NCBI GenBank assembly: GCA_963701625.1
Contig: CAVPAT010000005.1
Location: forward strand, 3,146-67,145
Direction: 5' to 3'
Origin: an uncultured Acidimicrobiia bacterium
GTDB taxonomy: Bacteria > Actinomycetota > Acidimicrobiia > IMCC26256 > JAENVU01
DNA: 64,000 nt
The notes beneath the pieces are model-generated. The model was given only the letters and a program-made list of their open reading frames with translations, was not told the DNA's origin and searched no databases. The position numbers and the translations under genes were made by a program. How positions within the stretch are numbered: the stretch's first letter is position 1; each line of letters starts with the position of its first letter. Shown here piece by piece: positions 36,770-46,651 of the stretch.

Positions 36770-37982
36770 TCAGGCGACGACGCCGGCGGCACGCAGCGCG
36801 GCGCGGCGCGCCGCGTCCAGACCGAGGACCGAAGCCAGCACCTCGTCGGTGTGCTGACCGAGCGTCGGGCCCACGGAGCGGATCGCACCAGGAGTGCGCG
36901 CCAGCTTCGGGACTACGCCGGTCATCGGCACCAGATGCTCGAAGCCGGCAGCCAAACGCACGATCATCTCCCGAGCCGCCATGTGGTCGTCGGTCGCGAG
37001 ATCCGGCGCGGTGTTGATCATCCCGGCCGGGATGGAGTGCGCTTCGAGCACCTCGAGCAGGTCGGCCGACGGGATCCCTCTCGTCCAGGCCGCAACCTCG
37101 TCGTCCAGCACTCGTTGCCCGGCGGCGCGCGCCGCGTGGGTCGCGTACCGCTCGGCAAGGTCCGGACGCTCCATCGCCGCCGCGAGCCGCGCGAACACGG
37201 CATCTGCATTCGCGGCGATCACCACATCGCGGCCGTCGGCGGTCGGGTACGAGTTGGACGGGGCGACACCAGGGAGGACTCCTCCGCTGCGCCCACGCGT
37301 CACGCCGCCCAGCTCGAAATCGGCGACCGTCGACTCCATCAAGGCCATCACCGCCTCGTAGATCGCGACGTCGACCTCCTGACCGCGGCTCGACCGATGG
37401 CGCTCATTGACCGCGGCGAGCGCACCGATCACCGCGAAGACCGCCGCAAGTGCATCGCCGAGTGAAACTCCGGCGCGCGGTGGGCGGTCGGTCGGCATCG
37501 CCGGTCGTGTGCCGGATCCCACCCATCGCCTCACCGATTGCGCCGAAGCCCGGTTCGTGGGCCCGCGGTCCGGTCTGGCCGAACCCGGAGACGTGCACGA
37601 CGATCAGCCCCGGGTTGGCGGCCACGAGCGTCTCGTAGCCGAGGCCCCAGCGGGCAAGGGTCCCGGGCTTGAAATTCTCGACCACGATGTCGACGTGCGC
37701 CGCGAGTTCGCGGACCAGATCCCGACCCGCGTCGTGCCGCAGATCCACCACCACCGAGCGCTTGTTACGTGCGATCGCGGGCCACCACAGCGAGCGCCCG
37801 TCGACCGTCACCCCCCAACCGCGCATGGGATCCCCGGCCGGTGGTTCGATCTTGATCACATCCGCACCGAGGTCACCGAGGAGCTGGCCTGCGAACGGAC
37901 CGGCGATGAAGGATCCGAGTTCCAGAACGCGGAGTCCGGCAAGGGGGAGGGAGGCATCGTCCACGACGGACAAGCCTGCCAT
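36770..37982 (-). CDS. Family III CoA-transferase (CaiB/BaiF; racemase-like), one frameshift at ~37480
   Basis: The N-terminus ..LAGLRVLELGSFIAGPFAGQLLGDLGADVIKIEPP.GDP.R.. is in ORF 37404..37982. The gene continues in ORF 36770..37534 as ..RAGVSLGDALAAVFAVIGALAAV.. Confidence 0.8.
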
Positions 37983-38033
37983 CTCGGCCCGGTGCCGACG
38001 GTAGGGTGCGCGTCACGACCTCGGGAGCAACCC

Positions 38034-38927
38034 ATGAAAGTCCGGATCGGATACGGCTTCGGCGCGCAACGCGGCTTCACGGCGGCCGACTTCACGGGCA
38101 TGGTCGACACGCTCGAGGACCTGCGCTTCGACTCGCTCTGGCTGTCCGAGCGCGTGACAGCCGACTCCCCCGACCCGATCATCGGACTCGCGGTCGCGGC
38201 CGGGCGGACCGAGCGCCTCAAGCTCGGCACCAGCGTGCAGGTGTTGCCGGGGCGCAACCCTGCACTCCTCGCAAAGGAGCTCGCCAGCCTCGACGTGTTG
38301 AGCGGTGGGCGATTCCTTCCCGCGTTCGGGCTCGGCATCGTCCACCCGGCCGAGCAGCAGGCCTTCGGCCTCGACCGCAAAGAGCGGGCACCATGGTTCG
38401 AAGAGGCCCTCCCCCTCCTGCGCCGATTCTGGACCGAGGATCGCGTCGAACACGCCGGCGAACGCTTCCGGTATTCCGACCTCGGGGTCAGACCTCGGCC
38501 GGTACAGCGGCCACCTGACATCTGGCTCGGGGGCCGGGCGCCCGCAGAGCTGCGACGCGTCGGTCGGCTCGCCGACGGGTGGCTCGCCTCGTTCTCACTC
38601 CCCGAAGAGTGTGCGGCAGGCAAGGCGACGATCGAAGCGGTGGCCGCGGAGCACGGCCGGACCATCGACCCCGAACATTTCGGCGCCATGATTCTCTACG
38701 CCGACGGTCCGGTGCCCGAGCCCGTACGCACACTCATCGCGTCGCGGTCACCCGACGTGGATCCCGACGTGCTCGTACCCAGCTCGATCCCGGCGATCGT
38801 CGACGCCATCGAGGCCTACGTCGCGTGCGACATCTCGAAGCTCGTCCTGGTCCCGTTGCACGGGCCGACGGATTGGCGAGCCGAGCTGGAACCGATCGCC
38901 ACATCGGTACTGCCGCTGCAGACCTGA
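38034..38927 (+). CDS. LLM-class F420-dependent oxidoreductase
   Basis: MKVRIGYGFG..LRFDSLWLSERVT..LGTSVQVLPGRNPALLAKELASLDVLSGGRFLPAFGLG.. The ATG at 38034 lies inside ORF 37407..38927. Confidence 0.8.
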   Translation: MKVRIGYGFGAQRGFTAADFTGMVDTLEDLRFDSLWLSERVTADSPDPIIGLAVAAGRTERLKLGTSVQVLPGRNPALLAKELASLDVLSGGRFLPAFGLGIVHPAEQQAFGLDRKERAPWFEEALPLLRRFWTEDRVEHAGERFRYSDLGVRPRPVQRPPDIWLGGRAPAELRRVGRLADGWLASFSLPEECAAGKATIEAVAAEHGRTIDPEHFGAMILYADGPVPEPVRTLIASRSPDVDPDVLVPSSIPAIVDAIEAYVACDISKLVLVPLHGPTDWRAELEPIATSVLPLQT

Positions 38928-38931
38928 CGCG

Positions 38932-39819
38932 TCAGGGCGCCGCCGGGGTGATCGGGGGGTGACTCAACTCCGGAGGGACCGCGACGAACGGCGATCGGGC
39001 CAGGCGCACGACCCCGACCACCATGACCGCCACTGCCAGCGCACACACCGAATACTGCAGGACGCCGTGGGCCGCCAGCTGCTCTTCGAACAGCGAGATA
39101 CCGAGGAACGCGCTCAGCATCGGGGTGGTGACCGCGAGCGCCGGCAGCGATGCCGCGAGGTGACCGGCGTTGAAGGCACTCTGATTGAGCACCAGCCCGG
39201 TCACGGCAAAGGCCGCCAGCGCGTAGATCGGCCAGTGGACGAACAGGCCGGCAAACGAGTTCTCCGAGAGCGACTCGACCACCTGCTTGGTCAACGCCGC
39301 GGTGCACGCGTAACCGGCGCCGGTGGCGATCGCGAGTCCCATGGCGCGGTAATGCGAGGCGGCGCGGCGGGTCGTGAGAATCATCGCGGCCATGATCGCC
39401 ACGCAGAATCCGAACGCCGAAATCCACTCGAACGCGGTGGCGTGCGGATTCCCGCCATGAGGTTCGCCGACTGCGAGAAACACCGCAATCCCGATCGCGA
39501 CCGCGGCTGCCGCCATCCAATCCCGCTTTCTCGGCTTGAACGGTGACCCGATCGCCGACAACGGAAGGGCGAACAGGAGCCCGCTCACGAGCAGCGTCTG
39601 GACCAGGAGGATGGAGCCGTTGGCCAGTGCTGCCGCCTCCAGAAAGTACGCCCCGAAGTCGAGCGCGATGCCGAAGATCCAGATCGGATGACGGATGACC
39701 TCGAGGATCAGCGCCGGCCGCAACGACAGGTGCGCGGGCGCCGCAGCCGCGACCTTGTGCTGGAACACCGAAGCGATCGCGTAACAGAGGCCGGCACTGA
39801 GGGCGAAGAAGAACGCCAT
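38932..39819 (-). CDS. DMT-superfamily (EamA-like) membrane protein
   Basis: A 295-aa protein with about ten hydrophobic segments. It begins MAFFFALSAGLCYAIASVFQHK.. Confidence 0.55.
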   Translation of the reverse strand: MAFFFALSAGLCYAIASVFQHKVAAAAPAHLSLRPALILEVIRHPIWIFGIALDFGAYFLEAAALANGSILLVQTLLVSGLLFALPLSAIGSPFKPRKRDWMAAAAVAIGIAVFLAVGEPHGGNPHATAFEWISAFGFCVAIMAAMILTTRRAASHYRAMGLAIATGAGYACTAALTKQVVESLSENSFAGLFVHWPIYALAAFAVTGLVLNQSAFNAGHLAASLPALAVTTPMLSAFLGISLFEEQLAAHGVLQYSVCALAVAVMVVGVVRLARSPFVAVPPELSHPPITPAAP

Positions 39820-39958
39820 GTCAGGCTGGATCGGTCGTCATCGGGCGCCGCATGAGACCGCCGAGCGTAGAGCCCGACCGCCAGAACCTCGGACAGGGGT
39901 TCAGATTGGATTCAGCAAGATCATCGCCCCCGACTGGCGCCAGCTCGGTGCCCGTGCC

Positions 39959-40975
39959 TCACCATCCGAGAATCGCGCCCGCGATCATCCCGAGGATCAA
40001 CAGACCCCCCGCCCGCCGGGTCAGCAGGAACGCGTGCGGCGCGAACCAGAGTGGCCACACCGGGTTGGGCATCGGCGACTCGGCTGGTTTCGGCGCTCCG
40101 AAGGTCTTCCAGACCCGGGCGAACAACGGGTAGGACGCCACAACCACGAGCGTCGCGACCGGGAGCACCCGTGCGATCACGAGTGCGACCACCAGGACGT
40201 AGAACGCGACGAACATCCCGCGCGTCACCTGACGGGCGCGACGGTCACCGAGAATGACCGGCAGGGTGCGGGTGCCGGCGGGGCCGTCCCACGGCGCCTT
40301 GTCGATGTGCTTCCCCATCAGCACGGTCGTGCAGAGGATCGCGTAGGGCAAGCTGGCCAGCAGGACCGCCGCCGGGATGCTGCCCGTCGCGGCGTAGTAC
40401 ACGCCCCCGACCATGAGCGGCCCCCACACCGCGATGACCGTCGGTTCGCCGAGCCCACGCTTCTTCAATCGCAGCGGCGGCGCGGTGTACGCGGCCGAGA
40501 GGACGAACCCACCGAGCGCGAATCCGAGGATCGCCGGGCCGCGCTCGACGGTCAGGCCGATCATGATCGCGAGGCACAGGACGTTCACGGCGAGGGCGTA
40601 GGTCGCCAGGCGCCGGCGCGTGACCGCACCGGAGATCACCGGATGCGGCGAGTAGAGGTTGCGGGGGTAGTCCGCGGTGTCGGTGCCGACCTCGAGGTCG
40701 AAGAGATCGTTCATCAGGTTGTTCGCCATGTGCGCGAGCACGATGCCCAGCGCGGCGAGGGTGAACAGGGCCCAGTCCACATCGGCATCCCTGAAGACCG
40801 CGAGCAGTCCGCCGAGCGCCGCCGCGACCAACGTCATCGGCAGGACCCCGGCGCGGGTCAGCCACAGCCATTTCGAGACAGGGTCGAGGTCCCCAGGTGG
40901 CGGGTTGGTGGTGGCAAGCACATAGAGCCACCGCTTCGGGAGACTCTTCGGCCGCTCGATTGCCGCGTCGGTCAT
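39959..40975 (-). CDS. UbiA-family prenyltransferase
   Basis: ..VLAHMANNLMNDLFDLEVGTD.. is an NxxxDxxxD-type Asp-rich motif. ..YTAPPLRLKKRGLGE.. follows, with 8-9 transmembrane segments. The start at ATG 40975 gives MTDAAIERPK. Confidence 0.7.
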   Translation of the reverse strand: MTDAAIERPKSLPKRWLYVLATTNPPPGDLDPVSKWLWLTRAGVLPMTLVAAALGGLLAVFRDADVDWALFTLAALGIVLAHMANNLMNDLFDLEVGTDTADYPRNLYSPHPVISGAVTRRRLATYALAVNVLCLAIMIGLTVERGPAILGFALGGFVLSAAYTAPPLRLKKRGLGEPTVIAVWGPLMVGGVYYAATGSIPAAVLLASLPYAILCTTVLMGKHIDKAPWDGPAGTRTLPVILGDRRARQVTRGMFVAFYVLVVALVIARVLPVATLVVVASYPLFARVWKTFGAPKPAESPMPNPVWPLWFAPHAFLLTRRAGGLLILGMIAGAILGW

Positions 40976-41064
40976 GGGAGCGACGCTACGCGACCATTGT
41001 GCGCTCATCCACCCATGCGGTGGGCACACGCACAAAGGTCGGCCGCTGACGCACGGATGAGGTG

Positions 41065-41622
41065 CTAACCGCCGTAATTCATCCGGGTGTCCTCCATGCG
41101 GAGCACCTCAGTGGCTTCGTCCTTCAGGAAGCCGCTGTCGACGATCTCGCCGACGAAGAACGTGTGGTTGCCGGCGACGAGCCGATCCCGTACCTCGCAG
41201 TCGAGAAAGGCGACGGACTGAGCGAGAATCGGCGCGCCGGTCGCACGCTCGAGGTACGGGAACCCGTTGAGCGTGCTCGCTGCCAGGTCGACCTCGACGG
41301 GCTTCGTGAACTTTCGGACGATCGCGCGGTCCTCGCGGTCGATCAGGCACACGCTGAACACGCCACCGGCATCGATGAGCTCGTGGGTGAAGGCCTCGAC
41401 CTCGATGCCGACGCCAACCAGCTTCGGTTCGAAGCTGAGCTGCGTGACCCAGTTGGCGGTCATGCCGTTCCGGCGCTGTGCGCCGTCGGTGCTGCCCACG
41501 ACGTAGAGGCCCGACGGCATCTTCCACAACACCCGCCGACGAAGCTTGTCGTAGTCGACCTGCTGATCGTCAGTGGTCACTGCCTCGGGATAGGGGCCGA
41601 CCGGCCCGTCTTTGGTTGCCAT
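41065..41622 (-). CDS. Flavin reductase-like (split-barrel FMN-binding) protein
   Basis: ..GLYVVGSTDGAQRRNGMTANWVTQLSFEPKLVGVGI..GVFSVCLI..HTFFVGEIV.. Confidence 0.75.
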   Translation of the reverse strand: MATKDGPVGPYPEAVTTDDQQVDYDKLRRRVLWKMPSGLYVVGSTDGAQRRNGMTANWVTQLSFEPKLVGVGIEVEAFTHELIDAGGVFSVCLIDREDRAIVRKFTKPVEVDLAASTLNGFPYLERATGAPILAQSVAFLDCEVRDRLVAGNHTFFVGEIVDSGFLKDEATEVLRMEDTRMNYGG

Positions 41623-41735
41623 GGGTGCAGGCTACGAGGCAGACCGTGAGCAGCCGGCGCGAGAAGATGCAACGCTGCGCGAGGAGCCGAGACGGCAGAG
41701 GAGCCGTGCCGGTACGTCAGACCGAGGAGGACACG

Positions 41736-43350
41736 ATGGACCGGGTCAAGATCGCCAGGTGGAGCGAGATCCCGGATCGGGAACCGATCGGCGTCACCGT
41801 CGACGGCATCGACTTGGTCATCATCCGCCAGGACGACGCGGCCTCTGTCCTCTACGGCCGATGTCTGCACCGCGGCGCACTGCTGGCGGACGGAACCATC
41901 GTCGACGACGACCTCATCTGCGGGCTCCACGGCTGGGACTACCGAATCGAGTCGGGGGTCAGCGCCTACAACAACGCCGAGGCGCTCGAGAAGTTCACGA
42001 GCGTCGTCGAGGACGACACACTCTTCGTCGACCAGACCGAGGTCCTTCGCTTCGCGATGAAGCACCCACAGCCTTTCGACGCGGACGTGTATCAGGGTTA
42101 CTACCAGGACCCGCACATGGTCCCGGAGGAGCCGTTCGTCGCGTACATCCACGAGCTCGCAGCGAACGGGCTCACCAAGACCGGCCATCACGGGCCGCTC
42201 GGCGCGATGGGCGTACCGCGCGACGAGCTCCCCAAGTGGGACTCGATCCAGTTCGTCACCGCGCAGCTCGCGCGGCTGCCGAAGCTCGACGATCAGGAAA
42301 TCGGCACCGAAGTGTGCATCGGTCCGAACGCTGACAAACCGCTGTGGCTGGACATCCCACTGTTCGTTTCGGACATGAGCTTCGGTGCGCTCTCCGAGGA
42401 GGCCAAGACCGCACTCGCCCGCGGCGCCGAACTCGCCGGCACCGGCATCTGCTCCGGTGAAGGCGGAATGCTGCCCGAGGAGCAGGCCGAGAACAGTCGC
42501 TACTTCTACGAACTCGCGTCCGCGCGCTTCGGCTGGAGCTTCGACGTGCTCAAGAAGGTGCAGGCCTTCCACTTCAAGGGTGGCCAGGGAGCAAAGACGG
42601 GGACCGGTGGTCATCTTCCCGGCGACAAGGTCATCGGCAAAATCGCACAGGTCCGAGGCCTGCCCGAAGGCACCGCGGCAATCTCGCCGCCACGGTTCCC
42701 GGACTGGGATTCGCTCGACGACTACAAGCGCTTCGCCGGGCAGGTCCGGGAGCAGTCGGGTGGCATCCCGGTCGGGTTCAAGCTGTCCGCGCAGCACATC
42801 GAGGAGGACCTCGACGCCGCATTGGCCGTCGGGGTCGACTACGTGATCCTCGACGGGCGCGGGGGCGGAACCGGCGCCGCGCCGCTGCTGTTCCGGGACA
42901 ACATCTCTGTGCCGACGATCCCGGCATTGGCCCGGGCCCGAGCCCACCTCGATCGTCGCGGGCGGCGCGACATCACGCTCGTGATCACCGGCGGACTCCG
43001 GCACGCCCCGGATTTCGCCAAGGCCCTCGCCCTCGGCGCGGATGCCGTCGCGGTGGCGAACTCGGCCATTCAGGCGATCGGGTGTCTCGGCATGCGGGCC
43101 TGCAACACCAACAACTGTCCCGTCGGCATCGCGACCCAGCAGCCTCACCTCCGGGCCCGGCTGCCGGTCGAGGAGGCCGCGCACCGCTTGGACCGGTTCT
43201 TCCGGGCGACGGTGGAACTCATGCAGGTCCTCGCCCGAGCGTGCGGTCACACGCACCTGCGCGAGTTCACCGCCGACGACCTCACGACGTTCGACCGGGA
43301 GATGGCCCATCTCACCGGGGATCGCCTACGGAGGAGTGATGGCACCGTGA
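41736..43350 (+). CDS. Rieske [2Fe-2S] domain fused to an FMN-binding glutamate-synthase-domain-2-like protein; one +1 insertion near 43318 makes the sequence as given read through into the next gene
   Basis: The ATG at 41736 follows GAGGAGG. The Rieske motif is CLHRG..17 aa..CGLHGW. The GltS-like part reads ..IPLFVSDMSFGALSEEAKTALARGAELAGTGICSGEGGM..KGGQGAKTGTGGHLPG..ILDGRGGGTGAAP..ITGGLR..CNTNNCPVGIATQ... Dropping one G of CCGGGG restores LTGIAYGGVMAP-TGA (stop at 43348-43350). Confidence 0.75.
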
Positions 43351-45295
43351 CCGAGGATCTCGTCTTCTCCAAGGTGGCCGAACTCGACGACCTCCCCGAC
43401 GGTCGCGTGCGGACCGTGCTGGCCGGGCGACGATCGATCGCGCTGACCCGGGTCGGCGACCGGTACGGCGCCCTGGACAACCACTGTCCGCATCAGGGCG
43501 GGCCGCTCGGCGAGGGTTCGATCGAGAAGGGGCTCCTCCGCTGTCCGTGGCACGGCTACGACTACGACCCGCTCACCGGCCAGCCGCCCGCCGGCTTCTC
43601 CGACGCGCCGAGCTGTTTCGCGGTCGAGATCCGCGACGACGGCGTCTACGTCGGACTCCCGGCCGAGTCCGAGCACGAACGGACCGTCTCGGACGTCATG
43701 GTCGAGACCATGGTCGCGTGGGGCGTCACGCATGTCTTCGGCATGGTCGGCCACTCCAACCTCGGCTTCGCCGATGCCATGCGGCGCGCCGAGGAGCGCG
43801 GCGAACTCACCTTCGTCGGGATTCGTCACGAAGGTGCCGGCGCATTCGCCGCCTCGGCCTACGGCAAGCTCACCGGCCGTCCCGCGGCCTGTTTCGCGAT
43901 CGCCGGGCCCGGCTCGACCAATCTGCTCACCGGTCTCTACGACGCCAAGGCGGACCGCGCACCGGTCCTCGCGATCTCAGGTCAGGTTCCGTCCACGGTG
44001 CTGGGCCGGGGTGCGTTTCAGGACGTCGACCTCAACGCCGCCTTCGCAAGCCGTGGCGGCCTACTCCAAGACCGTGCTCCCCGAGTCCGATCACGCCGAG
44101 CTGATGACGCTGGCGCTGAAGCACGGCGACCGTCCAACGCGACGTCGCCCACCTCGTGTTGCCCGACGAGGTCCAGGTCCGCGTCGTGGACGAGGAGTCG
44201 AAACCGTCATCGCCGACCGGCCGCCTCGGCGACGACCGCATCGCGCCACCAGCCGAAGCACTCACGGCCGCAATCGCTGCGATCGATGCTGCGAACCGGC
44301 CCGTCATCGTCGTCGGCCACGGCGTCCGCTTCGACATGGACTCGGTCCGAGAGCTGGCCGAGACCCTCGGCGCTCCGGTGCTCACCACGTTCAAGGCCAA
44401 GGGCCTGATCTCGGACCATCACCCGCTCGGCGCCGGAGTGCTCGGCCGCAGCGGGACCCCGGTGGCGAGCTGGCTGATGAACGAGTCGGACCTGCTCATC
44501 GTGATCGGCGCATCGTTCTCGAACCACACCGGGATCGCGCCGTACAAGCCGATCGTGCAGGTCGACTTCGACCCCATGGCGCTCGGACGCTTCCACCCGG
44601 TCACGGTCCCGGTGCAGGGCCACGCGGGGGTGACCGCGCGTCTCATTTCCGAACGGCTCAAATCTCGCAACGATCGGGCGGACCAACGGACCGACGTCGC
44701 CGCGCGCTGGAAGATCTGGCGATCCGAGAAGGCTCGGCGGCTCGATGACGACCGTCGGCGCGGGGTCTCGTCGGCCGCGATCTTCGACAGCCTGAACCGC
44801 CACGCGCCCGAGGACGCCGTCATCACCGTCGACGTCGGGAACCATGCGTACTCCTTCGGCCGGTACTTCGAATGTGAGCGCCAGTCCATTCTGATGTCCG
44901 GGTACCTCGGATCCATCGGCTTCGGGTTCCCGGCGGCGATGGGCGCGTGGGCCGCGGTCGGCGACACCCGGAAGATCATCGCGGTCACCGGAGACGGAGG
45001 CTTCGGCCAGTACCTCGCCGACCTGACCACGGCGGTGAAGTACGGCATGCCGATCGCCCACGTGCTGCTCGACAACTCGTCGCTCGGCAAGATCACCAAA
45101 GAGCAGCAGGCCGCCGAGTACGACGTGTGGCACACGGACCTCCTCAACCCGGACTTCGCGGCCTACGCAGAGCTGTGCGGCGCGCTGGGGATCAAGGTGG
45201 AGTCACGCGACGAACTCGACGAGGCCCTGGCCCGAGCCGTCAATCACGCGGGTCCAGCCGTGGTGGCGATCCACACCGACCCTGAGCTCGTCTGA
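43347..45295 (+). CDS. Rieske [2Fe-2S] domain fused to a ThDP-dependent enzyme (pyruvate oxidase/acetolactate synthase superfamily); two frameshifts (~44045, ~44125)
   Basis: The GTG at 43347 (GTGA overlap) follows GGAGGA. The Rieske motif is CPHQGGPL..CPWHGYDY. The PYR domain reads ..VMVETMVAWGVTHVFGMVGHSNLGF..IRHEGAGAFAASAYGKLTG..AGPGSTNLLTGLYDA. The middle part is AAYSKTVLPESDHAELMTL then VQRDVAHLVLPDEVQ. The PP domain in ORF 44156..45295 has GYLGSIGFGFPAAMGA..AVTGDGGFGQY. Confidence 0.75.
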
Positions 45296-45332
45296 CCGGC
45301 ACCGCCTCGGGCCCAGCACCGCCATCTTTCCT

Positions 45333-45381
45333 GTTCATCGGCGCGTTGGCCGCCGCACGACCGGCCAACGCGCCAATGAAC
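45333..45381. repeat. Palindromic intergenic element, copy B (bidirectional terminator-like hairpin)
   Basis: GTTCATCGGCGCGTTGGCCG-loop-CGGCCAACGCGCCAATGAAC forms a ~19-bp stem with one mismatch. It lies between convergent genes. The arm GGCCAACGCGCCAATGAAC recurs at 9146-9164. Confidence 0.65.
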
Positions 45382-45401
45382 ACGCCGACGGGACGCGGCC
45401 G

Positions 45402-46577
45402 TCAGTTCAGACGGTGTTGGCTCACCGGCAGGACGTAGAACCAGAACGGCTGGGGTGCCTCCGCGTCCTTCATGGCCTGCTGCGCCTGGTGCAGCATCTT
45501 GCCGGCCGCGGTCTGCTGGGCGAACCAGGTTTCGGCCGAGCGGGCGGCAGGGACGTGCTCGGAGAGTCCGGCCGCGGCCTGCTCGTAGTAGCCGCGGATC
45601 GCGAGACCAGAGGTCACCGGGTTGTCAGGGATCTCGGCCTCCGCCCACGGCGTGCCGTCGGCCACGCGGGAGAAGGCGAACAGGGCAGCCTCGACGACGT
45701 CCGGGTCCACCGCCGCGCGGATGCCGCCGGCGGCGCGGTCAAACGCCTGGCGCAGTCCCCGCATCTCGTCGACCGCCGGCGGGAGCGACGGGTCGAGCCG
45801 GGCCGGCATCGGACACGCAAGTGGGACGTCGACCTCGTCGGTAATCGTCTCGGGATACGTCGCGAGCGTCGGCTCGGTCGCGTCGAGCAACGAAAACGCC
45901 TCGCGCAACACCGCGTGCTGGAAGTCGGGATCACCGGGTCGGCCCAGTGGACGACCGAGCGGGAACTCGCAATAGAGGCCGCGGGGAACGGGCATCCGTT
46001 CAGCGACCTCGTGCATCGAGATGAGCGCGACCGTCGCGATCCCGGCCGCTTCCAGGGTGTACGCGAGCGCACCGACCGTGCGCGTGCACAGCGGTCAGAC
46101 GGGCGTGAGCAGGACGACATCGGTGCCCTGCTCCTTGAGCAGATGCGCAGCTTGGGGCCCGGTGTCCTGGAGAATCGTCGCGAGGTCGAACTGGGCGCCC
46201 ATGAACGACACGTGGTTGGGCGCGACCGATCCGATCGTCCCGTCGGCCGCCAACTCGTCGAGGCGGTCGACGGGGAACACGACATTGCGGTCGAGCATCA
46301 TGCCGCTGCGGTCGAGGTTTTGGCTGTTGTGACTGATCGTCACGTCATCGTGGCCGTGCGGGATCACCCGGAAGCCGGGATCCCCCATCCCGAAGCTCTC
46401 CTCGTCGGTGAGGTGCAACCCCGCCGTGGTGACGATCGCGACTGAGGCGTCAGCGAGCCTGGGCGCCGTCGTGAAGGGATGGTCGGTCAGGTCCGGGACC
46501 GCCAGAGTCGCCATCACCGCCCGCATATCACTGTCGGCACCCACCGGTCTGCTCCCCTTGGCTGCTTGCCTGACCAT
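45402..46577 (-). CDS. GrdB/PrdB-family (reductase selenoprotein B-like) protein with an in-frame TGA at 46095-46097; putative selenocysteine codon
   Basis: ORFs 46095..46577 and 45402..46016 are in the same frame, separated by TGA plus 26 open codons. The join reads ..QGTDVVLLTPV-U-PLCTRTVGALAYTLEAAGIATVALISMHEV... This has the same layout as my recollection of GrdB (..LTSTUGTCTRCGA..E.AGI..). No start or RBS for an independent downstream gene occurs before codon 27. Confidence 0.65.
46067..46083 (-). promoter_or_regulatory. Candidate bacterial SECIS minihelix
   Basis: The mRNA reads UGA-CCGCUGUGCAC (11 nt)-GCGCAC-GGUCG-GUGCGC. This is a perfect 6-bp stem with a GGUCG apical loop, starting 11 nt after the UGA. 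It resembles the fdhF minihelix GGUUGCAGGUCUGCACC, which also sits 11 nt after its UGA (from memory). Confidence 0.5.
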
Positions 46578-46651
46578 CGGAAACTAGTGGGATCGAGCCC
46601 CGACCGTCACCCACACTTGCCCCGCCGAGCGACGCAGGCCACGCTCCGCCG

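Noticed and set aside
41623-41735. A possible riboswitch or leader in the 113-nt region upstream of the Rieske-GltS gene
   Set aside because: I recognised no known riboswitch core and no convincing conserved structure by eye. It is left as an ordinary divergent promoter region.
41478-44408. A 976-aa ORF suggesting one giant Rieske-GltS-Rieske-ThDP polyprotein
   Set aside because: Removing one G at ~43318 restores a typical GltS-family C-terminus (LTGIAYGGVMAP-stop). That stop overlaps a GTG start preceded by GGAGGA. Two coupled genes is the more economical reading. The upstream 41478-41735 part overlaps the flavin reductase promoter region and has no homology.
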